A stretch of DNA of 64,000 bases, taken from contig OZ242029.1 of NCBI GenBank assembly GCA_965205015.1, positions 4,960,001 through 5,024,000 of the forward strand, read 5' to 3'. Positions 57,795-64,000 of this stretch are shown one piece after another. Source of the stretch: Candidatus Poribacteria bacterium (lineage in GTDB: Bacteria; Poribacteria; WGA-4E; WGA-3G). The first letter of the stretch is position 1. The number at the start of each line of letters is the position of its first letter. The position numbers and the translations under genes are program-made. The notes under the pieces are model-generated. The model had not been told where the DNA came from, searched no databases, and worked only from the letters and a program-made list of their open reading frames with translations.

Positions 57795-59618
57795 ATGAAC
57801 ATCCGCGCCCAACTGACATTCAGGTACATCGGCATTGTGCTTTTAGTATTGCTCGCCATGTATTTCTATCTTGCTACGATGCTGAAAGACTCCATGAGCA
57901 ATCACATCACCAGCGAATTGGAAGTTCAGGCAGCATTAACCCGGGAATTCCTCATCGAAGAACTCCCTCCCCAGGATAACTTTACTTACGACCTCATAGA
58001 CCCGCTCGTCGATAGACTCGGAAAGGCGAATAACGCCCGTGTGACCTTCATCGACTTAGATGGTGTCGTTTGGGGTGACACAGAACGGGATGGACAGGCA
58101 CTCCGTGCAATGGACAACCACCTCACGCGTCCAGAGATCCAGGATGCCATCAAGAAGGGGAACGGGATTCGAGACCGCTATAGCAATACAACCCAGACAG
58201 GATTTCGTTATTTTGCTTTGCCAATACACCGCCCTGTAGGCACAGAAATCTCACCAGATGGAGAAGGCACTTTGATTGGTATCTGCCGCGTCGCGCTTCC
58301 GATGGCGGCCGTCAATACAGCGATTGATAATCTCCGGGGGATGGTTCTCATTGCGAGTGTGGCGGGATTAATTCTCGCAATCGTATTTAGTATCTTTAGC
58401 ACCGGTGTCATCACAAAACCGATTGAGAAATTAACTCAGGTGACACAATCGCTCGCTGCAGGCAACATAACCTCGCGCGTCCCTGTCGATTCCGGCAACG
58501 AACTCGGCCAACTTTCGCAGAACTTTAACCTCATGGCAGACAGGATACAGGAACAGATTGACGAGATATCCGAAGAACACCGGCGTTCGGCAACCATTTT
58601 GACAAACATGGGCGAAGGGGTCCTACTCGTGAACGGTGCGTCTGAAATTACCTACGCCAACCCAACAGCTATCTCTATGCTGGCGCTCCCCGATGTTTAT
58701 ATCGGCAAAGCCCTCATCGAAATCAATCGGATTCCAGAACTACAAGCACTCCTGAAAAAGGCAGAACAAACAGAAACCATCGCCTTCGCAGAAATCCAGC
58801 TGGGGAACCTGAGAGAGCCGGAGGCAGAGGTCACGGTTGTTCCGGTTTCCGCAGGTCAAGAATACGTCATCGTTATCCATGATGTCACAAAGGAACGGCA
58901 ATTAGAGCGGATTCGCGCTGACTTCGTGGCGAATGTCTCACACGAACTCCGAACGCCGCTCACAACGATCCGCGGTTACGCTGAAACCTTACTCAGTGAG
59001 AATTCCGTTCGGACAAAGACAGGCGAACAGTTTATCGTGAAAATTCTCAATCACTCCGCCCGACTGACAAGATTAGTCTCGGACCTGTTAGAACTCTCGC
59101 GGCTCGAGTTGGGTGAGGTAGAATTAAAATGCTCGCTCTGTCATCTCAATACTTTCTACGAACCAATTTTAGACGTGTTTGAACCCTTATTAGAGGAATC
59201 AGGATTGGTCTTAAAATGGGAGATTTCTGAAAAGTTCCCGGCGGTTAACATAGATCAACAACTTTTCATGCAGGTTTTTGTGAATTTGATTGACAACGCC
59301 ATCAAATACACGCCGGATGGCGGTACAATTACGGTTTCGGCAGAGATCTGCTCGAGTGAAATCATTGAAGATGCCGATACGACAGCGAAAGAAGTTATTG
59401 TGCATGTAAAAGATACGGGGATCGGCATCCCGATGGAATCTCAACTTCGCGTGTTTGAGCGGTTCTATCGTGTCGATGAAGGACGTGCCAGAGAGATGGG
59501 CGGCACCGGATTAGGTCTGGCGATTGCCAAACATATTGTCCTCAGTCACAACGGAAAAATATGGTTGGAAAGCACCCTTGGACAAGGTAGCATCTTTCAT
59601 GTCGCCCTGCCTCTATAA
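57795..59618 (+). CDS. PhoR-like sensor histidine kinase (Cache-HAMP-PAS-HisKA-HATPase)
   Basis: MDNHLTRPEI, DFVANVSHELRTPLT, NAIKY, FERFYRVD, GGTGLGLAI. Confidence 0.9.
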   Translation: MNIRAQLTFRYIGIVLLVLLAMYFYLATMLKDSMSNHITSELEVQAALTREFLIEELPPQDNFTYDLIDPLVDRLGKANNARVTFIDLDGVVWGDTERDGQALRAMDNHLTRPEIQDAIKKGNGIRDRYSNTTQTGFRYFALPIHRPVGTEISPDGEGTLIGICRVALPMAAVNTAIDNLRGMVLIASVAGLILAIVFSIFSTGVITKPIEKLTQVTQSLAAGNITSRVPVDSGNELGQLSQNFNLMADRIQEQIDEISEEHRRSATILTNMGEGVLLVNGASEITYANPTAISMLALPDVYIGKALIEINRIPELQALLKKAEQTETIAFAEIQLGNLREPEAEVTVVPVSAGQEYVIVIHDVTKERQLERIRADFVANVSHELRTPLTTIRGYAETLLSENSVRTKTGEQFIVKILNHSARLTRLVSDLLELSRLELGEVELKCSLCHLNTFYEPILDVFEPLLEESGLVLKWEISEKFPAVNIDQQLFMQVFVNLIDNAIKYTPDGGTITVSAEICSSEIIEDADTTAKEVIVHVKDTGIGIPMESQLRVFERFYRVDEGRAREMGGTGLGLAIAKHIVLSHNGKIWLESTLGQGSIFHVALPL

Positions 59619-59641
59619 AGAGGTTCTGTTAACCAATACGG

Positions 59642-60319
59642 CTAAATTTTCCATGTCTCCTGCGTGTAAGCCATCTCCCAAAAAAGGTACTCATAACGAC
59701 TACTCAGCAAGAAGTCGTTTTTCATCCGTTCTTTGGCAGAGGTGTTATACGCCGCGGTGAGATCGTTGAGCAGACGCCGCAGTGACACACCCAACGATAG
59801 GAATTCAGGAGACGCGTACATCTCAATCCACTCCTGGTAGAGCGGTTCCGGTGATCCCCCTTGTTCAGCAAGTGTCGTGCCGATCTCGGCGTAACCCCAC
59901 TGACACGGTAGAACACTGGCAACGATATTTGCTAAAGTCCCGACTTGAGCGACATCAAGCAGATGCCGGGTATACGCATGTGTCGTAGGTGCCATGGGTG
60001 CGGTCTCCATCTCAGCGGCGGAGATACCAAATTTCGCACAATACCCTCGATGCAAATCCATCTCGGTGTTCAGTGTCTCGTTGAGCAGTGTCGCAAACAT
60101 CGCCATTGTGGTTTCATCATGTGCCTTGATAACACCGTGCGCAAATACACGGCTGTAGTCCAACAGGAAGAGGTAATCCTGAATGAGGTAAAACTTAAAT
60201 TTTTCTGTGGGGAGACTTCCATCAGCAAGCCCCCGAACGAATGGATGCTTGAGGTCGGCTTCCCAAATCGGTGCAGCAACGCGTCTAAGTTCGTCGGTAA
60301 ATCGTCCATTTTGTGTCAT
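59642..60319 (-). CDS. tenA: Thiaminase II
   Basis: HPFV..L.DG.L, YLIQDY; catalytic Cys in LPCQWGY; EYLFW. Confidence 0.93.
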   Translation of the reverse strand: MTQNGRFTDELRRVAAPIWEADLKHPFVRGLADGSLPTEKFKFYLIQDYLFLLDYSRVFAHGVIKAHDETTMAMFATLLNETLNTEMDLHRGYCAKFGISAAEMETAPMAPTTHAYTRHLLDVAQVGTLANIVASVLPCQWGYAEIGTTLAEQGGSPEPLYQEWIEMYASPEFLSLGVSLRRLLNDLTAAYNTSAKERMKNDFLLSSRYEYLFWEMAYTQETWKI

Positions 60320-60394
60320 AATGTTGTTGAAACTCCTTAAAATATGCCATAATCTTTACTGTGTATCATCCCCTGACGAGCAAAGGATATCAAA

Positions 60395-61282
60395 ATGTTT
60401 GAAAAACTCGGAATCGTAACCAATATCTGGTCTGAAGAAATAGAAAACGGAGCGCGCTTCGATGAACTTATGGTAGAATTTGGCGCGAACGGATTTAAGG
60501 ATATGGAGGTCCGCGAAGGCGATTACCTGCGCACCTCCGAATTCGGGGAACTTATTGAACATCTCGAAGCCGCGATGCCTGAGTACACCGACACAGCATA
60601 CAAAACTATCTGTGACGCCGTATGGACAAAACACTCTCACGAAGCGAAGCATCCCACACTCTTTGCGGAGATTGCAGCGTTCGTTCAAAAAGCGTCTGGA
60701 CTCACCTTGAGTTATGCCATGTCCCATCCTTGGCTTTCATCGCCAAAAGACAGTGAAGCTGACACACAAGAGATTATTAGGGCGAAGAAGTTGGCATACT
60801 TACTCTGTCCAGCGCGCCCGCGGCTCCGACTCGTCGATCTCGACACGGAAGGGGACATTGACGCATCCGCAGCGATCGCCAATTTAAAGCATTATAATGC
60901 GCTTTTACCCGATTTTCCGATGATTTTTGCCGTGGAGAACGCCCGACAAACCGCTACATTGACCTTGAAGTTAGCCGTCGCGGGCGGTGCCAAACTGACT
61001 TACGACGAAACAAACACATACCGAGCAGACGGAACAACGGTGAACCCTCCTGACGAATTCTGGAGTGCTGTTAAAATGACGGATCTCACCTCGGTCCATT
61101 TCAAACAGAAAACGGAAGACGGTGTGCTCTCAGAAGTATGTGACGGCTTCGTCGACTTCCGGGCAATTGCTGAACGCTTGAAAACGCAAGACTATACCGG
61201 CGATCTGCTCCTTGAAAACACGCCGACTGCGCATTCTCTGCAAGATGCCCTACGGAGCCGAGAGTATCTGCTCAATTGCTAA
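60395..61282 (+). CDS. Sugar-phosphate isomerase/AP-endonuclease-2-like TIM barrel
   Basis: AVEN, TYD..N, VHFK, DGFVDF and LLEN metal-site pattern. Confidence 0.65.
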   Translation: MFEKLGIVTNIWSEEIENGARFDELMVEFGANGFKDMEVREGDYLRTSEFGELIEHLEAAMPEYTDTAYKTICDAVWTKHSHEAKHPTLFAEIAAFVQKASGLTLSYAMSHPWLSSPKDSEADTQEIIRAKKLAYLLCPARPRLRLVDLDTEGDIDASAAIANLKHYNALLPDFPMIFAVENARQTATLTLKLAVAGGAKLTYDETNTYRADGTTVNPPDEFWSAVKMTDLTSVHFKQKTEDGVLSEVCDGFVDFRAIAERLKTQDYTGDLLLENTPTAHSLQDALRSREYLLNC

Positions 61283-61300
61283 GTAAGACAGGTATTTTGC

Positions 61301-62110
61301 CTACATCCCCTTAAGTTTACCCCACGTGGTAGCAAGCTTGGCTTTCGGAGAAACTGGCAATATTGTAGCCAGTCCCTGTTCCCGAATCATCTCTGTCTCT
61401 TCAAAGGTAAGGGCAATACCGTTAAAAAGGGCGGCGTGCGTAATCGAAACCGCAAAAAAGCCACCGGGGAGTTTATTACACTCTAACAGACACCCCATGA
61501 GCAGCGGATACGCCTCTTGTGTCAAGTCATTTCCCTTGATAACCTTCACAGCAACTTCCTCGCCGTCCCTGTAGATAAAGGAGTCGGCATCGCGTGTGAC
61601 GACTGCAGCGACAAACTGCCACGTGTTAACCTCCATCGTTCCTGCGGGACTGATAATACTTCCGTTATCTGAGCCGTTTGCTGAGGTCTCCAAGCGGATC
61701 GCGCCAGGACCCGTGTCACCGATATCGAGAATCCAGCCGCCATTCCAGCACCACGCGCCTTTGGAGATGATACCTTTTCCATCGCCAGGTAAAGCCGGAT
61801 TCAACCATGCCACTAAGGTAAAATCGTTCTCTCCAACGTTGACGGTATCACTGTGCGGAATCTCAAGATAGTCGTCCTTACCATCAAATTTGAGGGCTGG
61901 ACCGAGATCACTATCTACCCATTCTGGGTCCCCTTCGATTGTTCCATCATTGCCGTTCCCCGAGTGATCTTTTACCGTGTTGCCTTTCCCTTCATCAAAA
62001 AGCCACGCGCCTGCCAAAGTGCCTAAATCTATTTCAGCATAACCCATCGTCCCTGAGGCAAGTAGCATCCCTACAAGAATCACGTATAGCCAATTCACAT
62101 TAACTTTCAT
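61301..62110 (-). CDS. Secreted LamG domain protein with C-terminal KLATTW tail
   Basis: AWLFDEGKG..VKDHSGNGNDG and ALKFDGKDDY; ends PVSPKAKLATTWGKLKGM. Start ATG62110 overlaps the upstream stop. Confidence 0.82.
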   Translation of the reverse strand: MKVNVNWLYVILVGMLLASGTMGYAEIDLGTLAGAWLFDEGKGNTVKDHSGNGNDGTIEGDPEWVDSDLGPALKFDGKDDYLEIPHSDTVNVGENDFTLVAWLNPALPGDGKGIISKGAWCWNGGWILDIGDTGPGAIRLETSANGSDNGSIISPAGTMEVNTWQFVAAVVTRDADSFIYRDGEEVAVKVIKGNDLTQEAYPLLMGCLLECNKLPGGFFAVSITHAALFNGIALTFEETEMIREQGLATILPVSPKAKLATTWGKLKGM

Positions 62111-63999
62111 TTTTCCTCTCCTTTTGAAAGCCGTGTAATCGTAAACCCGTTCCACACCCAACGTTTCTTTCGAGTATAAATCACTTGGGTTAGACGCTCA
62201 TTCGTGATCGTAACAGTGTATCGCCTTTCCGCAAATTCATCTGCTGAAGTGAGACGTAGTTTCTGGAATTTCTTTTCGCCGTTCGCAATGAGGTTAATAT
62301 CCACCGGTGCAATAACCCCTGCGTAGAAATAGCACGTAATTTCGTAAGTCCCATTCGGGAGCGTGAGCCTGAAAACACCATCCTCTTCACCCCAGAGGCT
62401 ATCTTGATACAGAAGAAGATTCGGTTCACCGACTGCTAAAACATCGCGTAGGTCCCGCGCAGCCTTCGGGGCTTCGGTGTGCCAATATTTGAGTTCAAAA
62501 CCACCGCCGCCGGTTTTAAATTCATCCTGAACAGATTTCGATATCCAACCGTACCGCCCATCTGTGTAATCCGTGTCCGTGTATATAGGAATCCGCCCCA
62601 GGGCAGTCTCTCCATCGCGCGGTTGCATGTCGAAGGTCATCTCAGTCGTATCCTCCCATAATTGCGAGTCCGGTGCGACGCGCTTGCGCCGATACAGCCG
62701 ATTAAAGTTGGTTGCATGGATCACCTCATAATCTTGGGTAAGATCTTCAACGTTATCATACTCTGTGCGCCAGACGAGCACATAGTCCGGTGGCACTTTC
62801 TTGTTTTTGTAGCGGAGCGGGAAGTGATCTGTGTTCGGTTCATAGTTCTGAAGATAGGCAACATCGTTCTCCAACGCCAGATACCCCTCTATATGCTCAA
62901 ACGGGAGAATGTATTTGAAATCCCATTTCGCCGAATCGGGCGTACCCCCCCACGAACTCGGACGACTCGCAAGGACCGTGTGCGGTTCTATCATCTCTGC
63001 CGATGAAAGTGCCTCTTGGGCATCTCTGTCCAGCAGATAGTAAGTTTGAACGTGATAACCGAGATGCCATAACGCTAAAACAATCAGGATACCGCTGAAG
63101 GCATAGTCAACGAATCGATGAAGACTGAAACTGAAGAATGGCAGTAGGGCGAGTAGAATGTAGATATGTATCCGATCACTGATCCACATACCCCCAGAAC
63201 GCAAACTCCACGGGGATTTGAAATAGAGGAACGTTAATATCAGCGCAATCAGCAAAAAAACGTCTGTTCGAGCGAGAATTGCGGCAGCACCTCTGGAACT
63301 TCCGTTTTCCGATGTCGACGCGGCACGGTGGGCATAAATTTTACCGATCCTGTCGATGACAGTCAGCAGAAAAGCGATTCCAAGCACAGCAAGGAGAAGG
63401 TTGCCTATCAGAACATGGTCATCCCGAAAGGAGACAATGGAACCGATGGAGAGAAAGTACTTTATTAATCCTTCAAAACTTCTATGGAAACCCCCTCCCT
63501 CTCGTTTCACCAGATAGTAGGACAGTAGGATTACATAGGCGGGGAGCATGGAACCCAAAAAGAGTAAGATAGATTTTAATTGTGCGACTAACCGCACACG
63601 CGGAGATTCTAACACCTCATAAACATAACGGAAAACACCGAGAACCGTTAGAGATACTGTCAGCAGCGCGTAGGATTGAAAGTGCGTGAGATAGACGACC
63701 GTGAGCCACACGTAAACCGTGACAAACGCCCTTGGACTGAGTTTATTCTCACATCGCCACCAACAACCGATCGCGAAAAAAAAGAGTGAGACACTTAAGG
63801 CGAAGTTATAGAATCCCATGTGCAGCAAATAGTTATAGGCAAAAATGAAACCGACGAGGCAGAAAAGTGTCTTGCTTTTTTGAATACCGTTGAGGAGATA
63901 GAGGAGAGAAAGGGGGAGAAGTCCTATGCAGAGACTAAAGAATATCTTTTCGCAGACAAGCGGGGGAAAGATATACATGAGCGCTGCCATGAAGGCATG
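62107..63999 (-). CDS. Multi-pass membrane protein (GT-C-like) with a C-terminal carbohydrate-binding-like beta-sandwich; 5' truncated
   Basis: Frame is open to the window edge; MGFYNF motif and many TM segments; C-terminal YTDGRYGW..FRLTLPNGTYEI. Confidence 0.6.
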   Translation of the reverse strand, partial: HAFMAALMYIFPPLVCEKIFFSLCIGLLPLSLLYLLNGIQKSKTLFCLVGFIFAYNYLLHMGFYNFALSVSLFFFAIGCWWRCENKLSPRAFVTVYVWLTVVYLTHFQSYALLTVSLTVLGVFRYVYEVLESPRVRLVAQLKSILLFLGSMLPAYVILLSYYLVKREGGGFHRSFEGLIKYFLSIGSIVSFRDDHVLIGNLLLAVLGIAFLLTVIDRIGKIYAHRAASTSENGSSRGAAAILARTDVFLLIALILTFLYFKSPWSLRSGGMWISDRIHIYILLALLPFFSFSLHRFVDYAFSGILIVLALWHLGYHVQTYYLLDRDAQEALSSAEMIEPHTVLASRPSSWGGTPDSAKWDFKYILPFEHIEGYLALENDVAYLQNYEPNTDHFPLRYKNKKVPPDYVLVWRTEYDNVEDLTQDYEVIHATNFNRLYRRKRVAPDSQLWEDTTEMTFDMQPRDGETALGRIPIYTDTDYTDGRYGWISKSVQDEFKTGGGGFELKYWHTEAPKAARDLRDVLAVGEPNLLLYQDSLWGEEDGVFRLTLPNGTYEITCYFYAGVIAPVDINLIANGEKKFQKLRLTSADEFAERRYTVTITNERLTQVIYTRKKRWVWNGFTITRLSKGEEK

Positions 64000-64000
64000 G

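Noticed and set aside
60320-60394. TPP riboswitch upstream of tenA
   Set aside because: Only 75 bp are shared with a divergent gene and no CUGAGA/TPP core is visible.

Overview
A 64 kb bacterial chromosomal segment from a diderm (lptF/lptG, predicted outer-membrane barrels). The gene mix (LamG/DUF1080/NHL/HEAT secreted proteins, a shared C-terminal K(L/I)A(T/V)TW tail) suggests a Candidatus Poribacteria-like genome; this is inference only. It holds about 52 CDS, including nusB, purD, trpF, aroA, tsaB, tenA, lptFG, a HelY-like helicase, two ammonium transporters, a PhoR-like kinase, an ABC exporter pair and an RcnA-like Ni/Co transporter, plus tRNA-Ala(GGC). No CRISPR array, rRNA or intact transposase was found. 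Main leads: (1) a putative C-terminal sorting signal on four otherwise dissimilar secreted proteins; (2) a sigma54-driven barrel-amt unit with no PII gene, where both barrel paralogues would start with an ATCUN-like D-x-H motif; (3) a stand-alone RelA RIS-like domain fused to a DUF2250-like winged helix; (4) a secreted-protein gene bracketed by 16-bp perfect inverted repeats; (5) dense, nested MITE/REP elements, one family of which sits directly on start or stop codons; (6) a toxin-antitoxin pair disarmed by an in-frame deletion. All family calls come from motif recognition by eye; no searches were run.
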